A stretch of DNA of 64,000 nucleotides from the human T2T-CHM13v2.0 reference genome, Homo sapiens, in the NCBI RefSeq assembly GCF_009914755.1, contig NC_060931.1; one strand, given 5' to 3'. Every line of letters starts with the position of its first letter. The first letter of the stretch is position 1. Below, piece by piece: positions 38,366 through 58,643 of the stretch. Below the pieces are notes generated by a model that made no database searches, was not told where the DNA came from, and saw only the letters and a program-made list of their open reading frames with translations. Made by a program: the position numbers and the translations under genes.

Positions 38366-38804
38366 TCTTGTAGCTTTGCTCTGTTTAGATTATGTGGTTT
38401 TTGTTCAGTTATGAGAACAATCTTTAAAGGATGGTGGATTGTTGGCTAGCTTAATGAATGGAATAGGAAAGTGGAAATGTAAAACGTCAGGAAACATACA
38501 TTCAGAGCTAGATCAGTTTGTTCACTGAGCCTAAACTGGCTAATAATCCATTAAACACAATCTCCTCAGAAAAAGCACGAAGATTCTAACTGATACACAG
38601 GGTTTCCTCATTCAAATAAAAGTAGATAGACCAACTAACCTAGAAGCTAGCTGAAATACAAAGAAGAAATCCCCATTAGAATATCCCAGTTTCAAGATAA
38701 AATGCATGCATTTAAATGCGGTCCATCTGGTTGAAAGTTGGCACAAGTTACTAAATTCTTCCCCAAAAGAGAAAGCACAAATGAAGACTGGGGAGGAGTC
38801 TCAC

Positions 38805-39019
38805 TTTATGATCTTGCTCTCAAATTGCTTAGCACTCCTCCACTTGCGAATGCACTTGAGACAGTAGGTGTGGTTGCAGTTGGAGAGGATCCCGAAGCGG
38901 CGCTCACTGGGGTTGGCTTTCTCATAGACCACCTCCATGCAGATCCCACACACCATGTCCTTGCTGCGCTGCACGGCAAATGAGAGCTCCATGTCCTTCT
39001 CATGGGCCTCAATGCACGA
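38805..39019 (-). CDS. MKRN1: MKRN1 exon 5, 215 nt (most of the C3HC4 RING)
   Basis: ctag|TCG TGC ATT... [31 protein letters not shown]...[25 protein letters not shown]. Donor AA|GTGAGA. Confidence 0.97.
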
Positions 39020-40214
39020 CTAGAGAAGGTGGAGAGAGAACAAGTGGAATCCAGTCATTGAACCCTGAAAAACTTGAGCAACAGTTAATGATTCACAGTC
39101 AAAGAATCAAATAGTCAACTGAAAAAACAATGTTCCCAAGCTGACACGAAAATTAGCTTTGCTGACAAGTAAACACAGGTGTGGTGTTTTTTTTTTGTTT
39201 GTTTGTTTTTGCGGTGGTACTTAACAATACTAGAAAATCAAACTATGAGGACTCAACTTCGGGAACTGAAAAATTACCCAATTTTCTCTACCCCAAACCT
39301 GGAGCTCAACTACATTAAAGACGGTTTTCCATACTGTTTGTTATTTCTGGTTTCTACATGAGGTTAAGACCCTAGTTAAAACCTGTCGGAAAATAAGGGT
39401 GACAGGCACGTAAACTCTCTTATGCCTTTAAAGAAAAACAACTTCATCGAGATTTTTCAACTACTCAGCTTGATAGACTGATGCACACTTAGGTTAGGTT
39501 AGATTAGCCCACTTTGGGGCTATTATAAATAATGCTGCCAAGAACATTCATGTACCAATTTTTGTGTGGACATCATATTTTAACTTATAAAAAACATGAT
39601 TATAGGAAACATAAAAATGCAGAAAACTCCCAGCACTTTGGAAGGCCAAGGTTGGGTGGATCACATGAGGCCTGGAGTTCGAGACCAGCCTGGTCAACAT
39701 GGCGAAACCCCATCTCTACTAAAAATACAAAACTGAGGCAGGCGTGGTGGTGCATGCCTGTAGTCCCAGCTATTCGGGAGGCAGAGGCTGCAGTGAGCCG
39801 AGACTGCACTGCTACACTCCAGCCTGGGGGACAAAGCAAGACTCTGTCTCAAAAAAAAATAAAAATAAAAAAAATAACACTGCAGAAGAGCAATGTCATC
39901 CATAATCTCACATCATCACTAAACATGTCTTTTCCTAAACCTTTAAAAGAAAAAACATATATACATATATTCAGAGGTAGGTTCTACTACCTCAATATAT
40001 AGATATAACGTATAGAGATTTATCCTGCCTAAATTCACAAAAGTACGCTGAAGATAGGGATCAAATTATGTCTACCTTATAACATGCCTCACACCCTAAA
40101 ACCACATTTAAAAAGATGGAAATTTAAAAGAGATGGAAATGATTAGAAGCAAACTTTGCTCCAATAAAGTTAAAGTTTCTAACACAATGTCTTCTGAACC
40201 TACCCTGGCTCCCA

Positions 40215-40810
40215 TACACTGCTGCTGGAAATGTAAAATCCTGCAGCCACTGTGGAAAAGTATGGCAGTTCATCAAAACGTAAAGCAGAGTTCCTATGTA
40301 ACCCAGCAATTCCACTCCTAGGTAACGGAAAACATATCTTCACAGAAAAACCTATATACAAATGTTCCTAGCAGCCTTATTCATAATAGCCAAAAACTGG
40401 AAATGATCTAAGTGTCCATCAACTCATGAATGGAAAAACAAATGTGGTCTAGCCATACAAAGACAATAATTCAGCCATCAAAACTAAGAACGGCTACACG
40501 CAACCACACAAAGAACCTTGAAAACACTATGTTAAGTGAAAGAAGTGAAGTCAATCACAAAGGACCACATTACAGGATTCCATTTACATGAAATGTCCAC
40601 AATAGGCCAATCCAGAGACAAAGCAGATTCGTTATTGCCAGGAGCTGGAGGAAGGCTGGAATAAAGAGTGACTGCTAATGGGTGTAGGATGATCAAATTA
40701 TCCTAAAATTAGTAAAATGGTAATGGTTGCACATCTCTGTAAATATACTAAAAACCAATGAAATGTGCATTTTCAAAAGATTAAACATATTCAATGTGAA
40801 TCTCAGAAAC
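40215..40810 (+). mobile_element. Old L1M 3' fragment, MKRN1 intron 4
   Basis: AACCCAGCAATTCCACTCCTAGG, TTATTCATAATAGCCAAAAACTGGAAA and L1M 3'UTR features. Confidence 0.75.
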
Positions 40811-41159
40811 ATTATTTTTTAAAAGAGGAAAAAAATGTTAGAAGTCTATAGTCTGAGTTTCTGGAAGTAGGACTTCTTTTTTTCTTTTGCCTCAACCTCC
40901 TGGGCTTGAGCGATCCTCTTGCCTCAGCCTAACAAGTAGCTGGGACTATAGACACATGCCTCCATGCCCAGTTAATTTTGTTCACTGGAAATATGACTTC
41001 TTGATAAAGCATCCAAGAAGCCCAAGAAAGGAAAACTTCCCTACTCACTGATAACCATTCAATTCATCAAATGTTTCTCTGAAATAAACCCACAATGCTG
41101 TGAAAGGGCAAATAATGATTCTCACATCTAATAACACACACATCTCCCTAAAGACTTAC

Positions 41160-41386
41160 TTTGATATGCTGCGATCTCTGGGCAGCATCCATTGGATGCA
41201 GGAGCTGCAGCCCACACATGTCACAAGAATCTCCGTGGAGATACACACAGTTCTCCCCGTATCGGCACTCTCCCACTGCAGCATAGGGGCACAGCTGCTT
41301 CTTTGTCTCCACGGCGGTTTGCTCTTTCTCTGATTCTTCCTTGGTCACTGAGCCCTGCAGGGGTGCTTCAGTGCAGGAAGGCGCAG
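41160..41386 (-). CDS. MKRN1: MKRN1 exon 4, 227 nt (ZnF3 and makorin Cys-His motif)
   Basis: tttcag|CT GCG CCT... CPYAAVGECRYGENCVYLHGDSCDMCGLQLLHPMDAAQRSQHIK. Donor AAA|GTAAGT. Confidence 0.96.
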
Positions 41387-41859
41387 CTGAAAATGTGTAA
41401 GAGGGTGGTAAAGGTCCAAATAGATAAGGCATGAACTATAAGAGAACTGAGAATCTAACCGCAAAAAATGAAAATAAAACTGCAATGAAATACCAAAACA
41501 GTCTACTGAACTAACTTCTTCACTTGAAAGAAAGGAATTTTTTCTACCGCTGTTATTTCCAAGATTAGACTTGTAAAAAAAAAAAATTGCTTCTTTATCT
41601 ATGTCTTGGGTAACTGAAATTTAATTTCAAAAAGTACTCGAAAGGATTCAGTTTTTCAAAACATTCTGAATTCATTTCACTGGGATTAAAAATTTCCTTC
41701 ACTCTATCTGTAAATCTTAGGTAATCCAAATTAAAGTACTGCACTAAGATTAAACTAAAAAAGGAATAGAAGCAGAAAGGGGAAAGTTGTCAAAACTAAG
41801 CAAATGGATGAACTGCTATCCAGCCCTCTAACTCTTATTTTCTTCTTCAGAATACTTAC

Positions 41860-42089
41860 TACGGCCACAGTAGGGTTGCCCAGGAACAAACTCAATAGCA
41901 TTCACCCAGTCCTCTGAACCTGCTCCTACAGTTGCAAAGTTTGAATTTCTTGACTCAGCTTCGCCTGTATTCATTTCAACAAGTGGTCCAACTATCGATG
42001 AGAGACTTGAGGAAGCAGCAAGGGATGACTTTGTAGTTAGCTCTGTAGCAGTTGCTTCTTCCTGTTTCAATGGTTTGCTATGTTCATAT
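41860..42089 (-). CDS. MKRN1: MKRN1 exon 3, 230 nt (end of ZnF2, PAM2-like PABP-binding motif)
   Basis: ttag|A TAT GAA CAT... YEHSKPLKQEE...SEDWVNAIEFVPGQPYCGR. Donor A|GTAAGT. Confidence 0.96.
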
Positions 42090-42104
42090 CTAAGAAAAAA
42101 TTCA

Positions 42105-42830
<726 letters not shown>

Positions 42831-42912
42831 TGATTCTGCATATTTAGTTATACCATGTGTGATGCCAAGACTGCTGGTCCAGAGACCATACTTTTGAGTA
42901 GGAAGGCAATAG

Positions 42913-43130
42913 ACTGGGGGTCACCAAAGTTTAAAGCATCAAATACACAAATATTTTAGGCTTTGTAGGTCATACAATCAACATCACAACTACAAGTATT
43001 CAACTCTGAAACTGCAGTGCAAAAGCAGGTGTAGGCACTATTTAAAGGAATGTGTAACTGTTCCGATCAAACTTGATTTATGAAAACGGCCTTTGGCCAG
43101 ATTTGGCCTGTAGGCCCATACCCCTGGCTA
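42913..43130. mobile_element. MER58-like DNA transposon
   Basis: AAATATTTTAGGCTTTG...GGCCAGATTTGGCCTGTAGGCC...CCCCTG. Confidence 0.55.
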
Positions 43131-43976
43131 TATACCACTTATTACTTCAAATTCCACTCTAATTAGGAGTTTCAGATAGTTGACAGTCTATAGTTCCCAT
43201 GGTAACTCTGCCAGAAACCCTGCAGGCAAAACTGACTGATTTCAAAGCAAGGCTGACACAAGGTCAATAAGCAGACATGTGGAACATTTTACCAACACAT
43301 CAAATAAAATGCTGTCACTATTAAAAGGTAGAGACAATATTTATACAATACACAATATGTACATTCTTTTTCTAAGAAAATCCATCCATTCACCATTTCC
43401 CCTTCCAAATTTTGCCCCTATGCATTCTCTCCTTTTCATCTGTAAACATTAAACCACCACCATCTCCAAATACGTGGGGAAAATACATCTATTTCCTTCA
43501 AGAACCTTCTTTCTGGCCTGGTGCGGTGGCTCACACCTGTCATCCCAACACTTTGGAAGTCCAAGGAGGCCAGATCACTTAAGGCCAGGAGTGTAAGACC
43601 AGCCTGGCGAAACCTGGTCTCTACTAAAAATAAAAAATTATCCGGGCATGGTGGCGCACACCTGTAATACCAGCTACTCAGGAGAGGCTGAGGCATAACA
43701 GTTGTTTAAACATGGGAGGTGGAGGGTGCAGTGAGCCAAGATCAGGCCACTGCATTCCAGCCTGGGCAACAGAGTGAGACTCTGTTTCAAAAAATAATAA
43801 AAAAAAAGCAAAGCATAGCAAGCATCTTTCTGCCTGAGAAAATTCTCACAGTTCCTGCTGGACGTGGTGGCTCAGGCCTGTAATCCCAGCACTTTGGGAG
43901 GGTGAGGCGGGTGGATCACCTGAGGTTGGGAGTTCGAGACCAGCCTGACCACCATGGAGAAACCCCGTCTCTACTA

Positions 43977-44084
<108 letters not shown>

Positions 44085-44241
44085 CTAGATGGTGCCATTG
44101 CACTCCAGCCTGGGCAACAAGAGCAAAACTCCATCTCGAAAGAAAAGAAAAGACAATTATCACAATTCTTTTAGCATTTTACACTAAGAAATTGACTGAT
44201 TTTCAGAGACTCACTCTATCTCCTAGGCTGGAGTGCAGTAG

Positions 44242-44364
<123 letters not shown>

Positions 44365-45136
44365 TAGAGACAAGGTTTCCCTATGTTGTCCAGGCTGGTC
44401 TCCAACTCCTGGGCTCAAGCAAGCCTCCTGCCTTAGCCTCCCAAAGTGATAGGCATGAGCCACCGTGCTCGGCACACCGAGTTTTATTCAGATGCTATGT
44501 ATTAATTATGCATATAGTAAATTTAACTGTGCTACATAATTTATAGTTTGTTATCAAGTGGTTCTTATAATGAAACATTACTAACTTTGGGTCATCTGTG
44601 TTATAGGTGCCTATGTTTATACGCAAAAATAAAGTAAAATCTAACTAAAGGCTCTACTCCAGCTTATGGCAAACATTTTACTGAGCTGGTCTTTAATCAT
44701 TGTTATTATTACCTCAAACATTCATATTCTAGCACTCTGGGAGGCTGAGGTGTGGGTGGATTGCCTGAGCTCAGGGGTTAGAGACAAGCCTGGGCAACAT
44801 GGCAAAACTCCGTCTCTACTAAAAATAAAAAAATTAGGCAGGGCGCAGTGGCTCACGCCTGTAATCCCAGCATTTTGGGAGGCTGAGGTGGGTGGATCAC
44901 GAGGTCAGGAGATCGAGACCATCCTGGCTAACACGGTGAAACCCCGTCTCTACTAAAAAATACAAAAAAATTAGCCGGGTGTGGTGGTGTGCGTCTGTAA
45001 TCCCACCTACTTGGGAGGCTGAGGCACAAGAATCACTTGAACCCAGGAAGCGGATGTTGCGGTGAGCCAAGAACGCACCACTGCACTCCACTCTGGGTGA
45101 CAGAGCTAGACTCCAACTCAGAACCAATAAAGACTA

Positions 45137-45271
<135 letters not shown>

Positions 45272-45693
45272 TTAAGCCTTAGGTAAACTACCTCGCCTTG
45301 CAGCAAAAGTAAGCTGAGTATCCTGCTATCATCCACAAAAACCCAATGCATTGTTCTATAGAGTGGAATCCTATAAGCTGAAGGATAAGGGAAGAAACTA
45401 TCATGAATATGCTCTTTCACTTTCACTCATGAACTGTGGGGAAGTATTCTATCATTTTAGAGATGACCTCACTGTCCTACTAAGTGATGGGGTTCTAGGT
45501 CTAATGGGACTCTAAAGCTGCTCTATACAGTACAGCCAACCACTGCCCACATCTAACTCTTCAGACTTACATACAATTTTAAACTCAGTTCTTCAGTCCT
45601 TCCTCTAGCTATACCTGCAAGTGTTCAAAAGCTACATGGAGCTAGAAGCTACCGTTAGATAGCAACATGAAGAACATTTCCAGTACTGCATGA

Positions 45694-45849
<156 letters not shown>

Positions 45850-46695
45850 TAACACGGTGAAACCTCGTCTCTACTAAAAATACAAAAAATTAGCCGGGCG
45901 TGGTGGCAGGCGCCTGTAGTCCCAGCTACTCGGGAGGCTGAGGGAGGAGAATGGCGTGAACCTGGGAGGCGGAGCTTCCAGTGAGAGAGCTGAGATCGCG
46001 CCACTGCACTCCAGCCTGGGCGACAGAGCAAGACTCCATCTCAAAAAAAAAATAAAAAGAAATCCAGCCCAAAGCCTCACTTTTCATTTTACTTTTGTTT
46101 TGTTTTTTGAGACAGTCTCACTCTGTCACCTGGCTAGAGTGCAGTGGTGCAATCTCAGCTCACCGGCTTCAAGTGATTCTCCTGCCTCAGCCTCCCAAGT
46201 AGCTGGGATTGCAGATGCGGCACCACCAAGCCCAGCTAATTTTTGTATTTTTAGTAGAGACGGGGTTTCACCATGTTGGCCAGGCTAGTCTTTGAACTCC
46301 TAACCTCAAGCAATTCACTGGCCTCAGCCTCCCAAAGTGCTGGGATTATAGGCGTGAGCCACCGCGCCCAGGCCCAAAGCCTTACTTTTCAGATTAAGTA
46401 ACTCCCTTGGAGCCAAGCTTCATGGCTCCAGCCTATAATTCCAGCTAGTTGGGAGGCTGAGGTGGGAGGATTACTTGAGCCCAGGAATTTGAGGCTATAG
46501 TGAGTCACGATCACACCACTGCACTCCAGCCTGGATGACAGAGCAAGACTATCCTGTCCCTTAAAAAACAAAATAAGCCAGGCACGGTGGCTCACACCTG
46601 TAATCCCAGCACTTTGGGAGGCCGAGGTGGGCGATCACCTGAGGTCAGGAGTTCCAGACCAGCCTGATCAACATGGAGAAACCCCGTGTCTACTA

Positions 46696-46972
<277 letters not shown>

Positions 46973-48128
46973 TCACTCTGTCTCCCAGACTGGAGAGCAG
47001 TGGCACAATCACAATTCACTGCGCCCTTAACCTCCCTGGGCTCAGGTGATCCTCCCACCTCAGTCTCCCCAGTAGCTGGGACTACAGGTACACACCACCA
47101 CACCCAGCTAATTTTTATTTTGTAGGTACGTAGTTTTGCCATGTTGCCTAAGTTGGTCTCCTGGGCTCAAGCCATCTTCCCCGCCCAGCCTAGTACAAAT
47201 GTCTAAGGAAGTTTAATCAATTTTTCTGTCTCTGTAAGAGAAAATAACCCTTTCCCTGGTTGGTTTACAACTCCCACCCCATTGCTTCTGTGGCCTTTAG
47301 TATTTTAAAGTATTGGATTCTTCAGTTGGTCCAAAAACCAAAACTCCAAACAAGAAGTCAACCAAACCAGGCCAGGCACGGTAGTTCACACCTGTAATCC
47401 CCAGCACTTTGGGAGGCCGAGGCAGGTGGATTACTTGAGGGCAGGAGTTCAAGACCAGCCTGGCTGACATGGTGAAACCCTGTCTCTACTAAAAATAACA
47501 AAATTTAGCCAGGCATGGTGGCACATGCCTGCAATCCCACCTACTCGGGAGGCTGAGGTGGGAGGTGGAGGTTGTGACATTGCACCACTGCACTCTAGTC
47601 TGGGCGACAGAGCACGACTCCATCTAAAAAAAAAGAAAGAAGTCAACCAAGCCAATATTGCCCCTTTCCCCAGAGGGTGTCCAGAAACAAAGACTGGGAG
47701 TTCTAATGGCATTCTGGGAAAATACTAGACTAGATATCTGCAATATGCAAAACAGTCCCGAGCAACAAAGAACTGGCCTCACTAAACAAAAGCACCACCA
47801 TTACGAAACACTGATGCAGAAAATCCTCTCAACTGTTGGGGCTATGATGCTATCCTTCATTATCAATGATCTACTCCCTCTGTGAAGAGGGAAATCCCTG
47901 GGCTTTGAGCAAGTTACATAAAGAGATCCCAACACTAAGAGTAAGAGGTAGGTGGCCGGGTGTGGTGGCTCACGCCTGTAATCCCAGCCCTTTGGGAGGC
48001 CGAGGTGGGCGGATCAGGAGGTCAGAAGATCGAGACCATCCTGGCCAACATGGTGAAACCCTGTCTTTACTAAAATACAAAAAAATTAGCTGGGCATGGT
48101 GGTGCGCGCCTGTAGTCCCAGCTACTCA

Positions 48129-48272
<144 letters not shown>

Positions 48273-48676
48273 TCATTCTAACAGGAAAACAAGCAGTCAT
48301 AGAGCAAGCCTCTCTTTAAGATTCTTTCTTTAGCTAGTCAACAATCAACCTTTTAATAATCACCTATATCAGCCTGTACTCAACAATTATCACCAAACTT
48401 TCAAGTAGACTACTATAGTTTCTCTACTTCCTTTCACTTTATGCTAAGAGATCTAAACCCAGCTCAATTCTGGCTCATCCTCTAAAGAGTTCTAGAAAAG
48501 AGGCAGCTACATCCTTATTAAAAGGAAAATTAAGAGGCCAGGCCCAGTAGGCTCACACCTATGATCCCAGCATATTGGGAGGCAAAGGTGGGAGCATCAG
48601 TTGAGGCTGGGAGTTTGAGACCAACCTCGGTGAGATAGGGAGACCCCGTCTCTACAAACAGAATAAAAAAACTTAA

Positions 48677-48974
<298 letters not shown>

Positions 48975-49138
48975 AGAATAAAAAAACTTAGCTGGAGGTG
49001 GTGGTTGCAGTGAGTCGTGTTCACACCACTGCACTCTAACCTGGGCAAGAGGGCAAGACCAGATCTCAAAACAAAGAAAGAAACAAACAACAAACCAATT
49101 AAGGTTCCTTTCAACTTTTTCTTTTTTTTTTTTTTTGA

Positions 49139-49300
<162 letters not shown>

Positions 49301-49983
49301 TAGAGACGGGGTTTTCCACAGGTCAGGCTGATATCAAATTCCCGACCTCAGGTGATCCTCCTGTCTCAGCCTCCCAAAGTGCTGGGATTACAGGCATGAG
49401 CCACCAAGCCCAGCCGCCCCCTCCCCCACTTTCTTTTAAGACGAAGTCTCACTCTTTGCCCAGGCTGGAGTACAGTGGCACAATCAAGGTTCACTGCAAA
49501 CTCTACCTTCCCAGGTTCAAGTGATTCTCCCACCTCAGCCTCCCAAGTAGCTGGGATTACTGACACGTGCCACCATGCCCAGCTAATTTTTGTATTTTCA
49601 GTAGAGACGAGGTTTAACCATGTTGGCCAGGCTGGTCTTGAAATCCTGACCTCAAGTGATCCGCCCACCTCAGCCTCCCAAAAGCGCGGGGATGACAGGT
49701 ATGAGCCACTGTGCCCAGTCCCTTTCAACTTGGAGCCATCTGCATCTGCCTCAACGTCAGAGGCTCACCAAAATAGGGAACCTACCTAATTTCCTCTGGT
49801 CTCAAACTATTTGGGGCGGGCAAAGTTGCCTGAAAAATAAGATGGTTAATACACAGAGCCCAGGCAGGGGGCTGTGGCTCACGCCTGTAATCCCAGCACT
49901 CTGGGAGGCTGAGGCGGGCGGATCACCTGAAGCCAGGAGTTCAAGACCAGCCTGACCAACACGGAGAAACCCCGCCTCTACTA

Positions 49984-50142
<159 letters not shown>

Positions 50143-50490
50143 TCAAAAAAAAAAAAAAAAAAATGCAGAGGCTTAGCACAGATTTCTTCAATTTAACCTT
50201 CATTTTTTTCATTCACTCCATCTACACAGTCCATTCAGATGAGCACTTCTTCTGAAATAAGGACCAACTGCTAATTATCTATAGCTTTCTGATTCTATCT
50301 CACAGTCTATTCTCATCCCTCTGCTTGGGAGGTTGGATTCTTCACTCTCATCAATATTCAACTCCTCCTGCCCCAGTCACAGTTGGCAGTAACTCTCAAA
50401 AGACTAGAACCCAGTTCAAGGAACACAGCTCCCTTACAATTAGCCTCAATACCTGCAGAGACTATACCACTACAAAGATTCGTCCATTCA

Positions 50491-50907
<417 letters not shown>

Positions 50908-51306
50908 TCATTTTCCCCCTTTTTCAGCAATAATGCAATGACAAATTAGCAAAGGGCAAAATGAGTAGCAACTAAACAAAGTTTCTATGAGATCAACTTC
51001 TGAACTTCTACACAGTCATTTGAAAAAGATCTTCTCTTTCCCCTCATCCTTACTGGACTCTTAATAAACAGATGTGGGATGACTTAACATTAATATCCCA
51101 CACCATCAATAATGTCAGGTTCTGAACTCTATTTGAACCCAGTGGCTCACACTACATTTTCTGATAATGACATTAAAATTGACTATGACTATGGCACAGT
51201 GGCTCACGCCTGTAATCTCAGCACTTTGGGAGGCTGAGGCTGGCGGATCACGAGGTCAGGAGATCAAGACCACCCTGGCTAACACAGTGAAACCCCGTCT
51301 ATACTA

Positions 51307-53580
<2,274 letters not shown>

Positions 53581-53596
53581 GTCATTTCTGAACTAG

Positions 53597-53934
<338 letters not shown>

Positions 53935-54023
53935 TAATCAGTGACATATAAAGCTATCAGAAGTATGTCTTTTACCTTTTTCCTCCAACCCACCCCTGAA
54001 CAAATTTATAAACAAATTCTTAC

Positions 54024-54152
54024 CTGCAGCGGTCTCCATAAATACAGTACCCTCGCTGAAAATACTTGCACACTACACTATACGGACTGTCAGAGAGGTC
54101 ATGCGAGTAGCGACAGTTGTCTCCTTCCTTACAAACCCCATGCATAAAATAC
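54024..54152 (-). CDS. MKRN1: MKRN1 exon 2, 129 nt (C3H zinc fingers 1-2)
   Basis: cag|G TAT TTT ATG... [44 protein letters not shown]. Donor CAG|GTAAGA. Phase 2-2. Not in the ORF track. Confidence 0.97.
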
Positions 54153-54453
54153 CTGTGAGACGAAAGACCACAAAACTGGATTAAAACCAATCCTTGAAAA
54201 TATTAAAACTAATTAGTATTCATGACTAATATATTCAACCAGTAAATACACAAACATACGAAATAAACACAAAGAAAGGGCCAGGCATGGTGGCTCATGC
54301 CTGTAATCCCAGTACCTTTGGGAGGCTGAGGTGAGTGGCTCACCTGAGGTCAGGGGTCTAAGACCAGCGGTTCGAGACCAGCCTGGGCAACATGGTGAAA
54401 CCCCGTCTCTACTAAAAATACAAAAATTGGCTGGTGTGGTGGCACACATGTTA

Positions 54454-54708
<255 letters not shown>

Positions 54709-55868
54709 TTAGTAGAGACAGGGTTTCACCATGTTAGCCAGGATGGTCTCGATCTCCTGACCTTGTGATCTGCCCACCTCGGCCTCCCAAAGTGCTGAGA
54801 TTACAAGCGTGAGCCACTGCGCCTGGCCCTTGTTTTTGCATTGTTACAACGAACTATTTTGACATTCCAGCCTGGGTGATGGAGCACGACTATGACTGTC
54901 TCAAAAAAATGTAATAATAATACGCCTTAGATTATGAAAACTGTTTAACTTACATAACAAAAAGAAAAAAAAAGGGCCAGGCGTGGTGGCCCACACCTGT
55001 AATCCCAGCACTTTGGGAGGCCAAGGCGGATGGATCACGAGGTCAGGAGATCAAGACCATCCTGGCTAATATGGTGAAACCCCATCTCTACTAAAAGTAC
55101 AAAAAATTAGCCGGGCATGGTGGCAGGCACCTGTAATCCCAACTACTCGGGAGGCTGAGGCAGGGATTGCAGTGAGCCGAGATCGTGCCATTGAGCCACT
55201 GCGCTCCAGCCTGGACAACAGAGAGACTCCATCTCAAAAAGAAAAAGAAAAAGAAAAAGAAAAAAAGATATAGTCTACGTCAAAGAATTTCTCCTCCAAA
55301 CAAAAACCAATGAATATAAGTATATGTCTTGTTTTTAAATGATACCACCAAAAAAAAAAAAAAAAACATCATCCAGATTCACCCCAAGTTGAGTTTGCCT
55401 TCGGTGAAAACCTGGGCCATATATTATTTCTGAAGTTCCTTCCACTGTGCAGACTCTGTCTCCATGAGACACTGTGCAGTAAAAGACAAAATTTACTAGA
55501 ATCCCCCTGCTGCTGTGCCTCTTAGAAACCTAATAGTGGCCCCCAACATAGAGAACAAGAAACTGCCAAGTTACCCTGTAAGGGTACAAGAGAACCAAAC
55601 AGCACCCTCAGAGTATCTCTAGGCATCTTAACAACCTCTTTAGGAATTTCTACAAATTATAGAATAGATAAGGCATTTAATCAATTCATCTGCAGTGACA
55701 CTTCTTACTTTGATATTTAACTTTTAATGAGTGAGTATACCATTTATCAAACTAGATTATAAATTCCTGATGGGTAAAGACTGGTTTATTCCCCTTTTTA
55801 TCTCCAACTATCTGTGCACATAATATATACTTGTTAGAAAAAGGTAGAAAGCCGGGTTCGGTGGCTCA

Positions 55869-56129
<261 letters not shown>

Positions 56130-56144
56130 TCAAAAAAAAAAAAA

Positions 56145-56176
<32 letters not shown>

Positions 56177-56772
56177 ATAAAAGACTGTAGGGTGGGCCCG
56201 GTGGCTCACACCTACAATCCCAGCACTTTGGGAGGCAGAGGCAGGTGGATCACCTGAGGTCAGGTGTTCAAAACCAGCATGGCCAACATGGTGAAACCCA
56301 CTATCTACCAAAAATACAAAAATTAGGCCAGGTGCGGTGGCTCACACCTGTAATCCCAGCACTTTGGGAGGCTGAGGCAGGTGGATCATGAGGTCAGGAG
56401 CTCAAGACCATCCTGGCTAACACAGTGAAACCCTGTTTCTACTAAAAATACAAAAAAAACAAACAATTAGCCAGGCATGGTGGCACACACCTGTAGTCCC
56501 AGCTACTTGGGAGGCTGAGGCAGAATTGCTTGAACTCGCAGTGGGTTGGGGGGGGCCCAGAGGTTGCAGTGAACCAGGATCACGCCACTGAGACTCCGTC
56601 TCAAAAAAAAAATAAATAAATAAAAGGCTGTAGAAGACAGCTAGATGTGATGGTGAATCATGGTAGCGATAGCAAATTAATTTTTCTTTCCCAGTTGCAT
56701 AATCTTTTTAATACCATTTAATATTTATTACTTATTTCCTCTCACAACCACTATGTAGTTTCCAAGTAATAA

Positions 56773-57446
<674 letters not shown>

Positions 57447-57676
57447 TCAGAAAACAAACAAACAAACAAACAAAACACAACTTTCAAGGCCAAGCATGGT
57501 GGCTCACACCTGTAATCCCAGCACTTTAGGAGGCCGAGGCGGGTGAAACACTTGAGCTTAGGAGTTCAAGACCAGCCTAGGCAACAGGGTGAAACCCTGT
57601 CTCTATCAAAAATGCAAAAAAAAATTAGCCTGGGGTGGTAGCACGTGCCTGTAATTCCAGCTACTGGGGAGGTTCA

Positions 57677-57766
<90 letters not shown>

Positions 57767-58404
57767 CTATCTCAAAAAATACAAATAAATACAAATAAAA
57801 ATCAAGAAAAGAGTTTTTTGAAAAATTAAAAATTAAACACTTGTTTTTTTGTGTATTATTTCAACTACCAGAACACTTATCTGCCATTATAGAAGCACTC
57901 TAATAAAGAGGGGTCTAAATTCAAATTACAACTTCTCTTTAAGTATTAACTGTTCTAACCTCACACACTCAAGGTAACTCAAGGTAGCAGATGCAATGAG
58001 CATTTCTGTTTCTTAGTATTGCTCTAATAAAAGATATGAAAAACAGCCTGGTGGTGGCAGCATAACACAGTTTCTGAGGAAAGGTATAAAACACAATGAA
58101 AACCCCAGGAGAAACATTAGAAAAAATGTAACCAGTAGGAAAATACAGGTGATTCCGAGCAATTAAAAACATTCTAATCAAAACTTCTAAGTGAAGAAAA
58201 TAGCTTTAGTCAAATTCCTAGATACAGGAGTGATGTGCTATAGGGAGAAATGAGCACAAACACTAAAACACACCTCTACCTGATTCTTTAGGTGATGTTT
58301 ACCTAGCAAACATATTGAAAATGTTTATTTATAATACAGTACATACATCTGCACTCTCTTGAACACCTAATATTGTGTCTCCCATTGCTGGCGTGCAATG
58401 TTTA

Positions 58405-58643
<239 letters not shown>

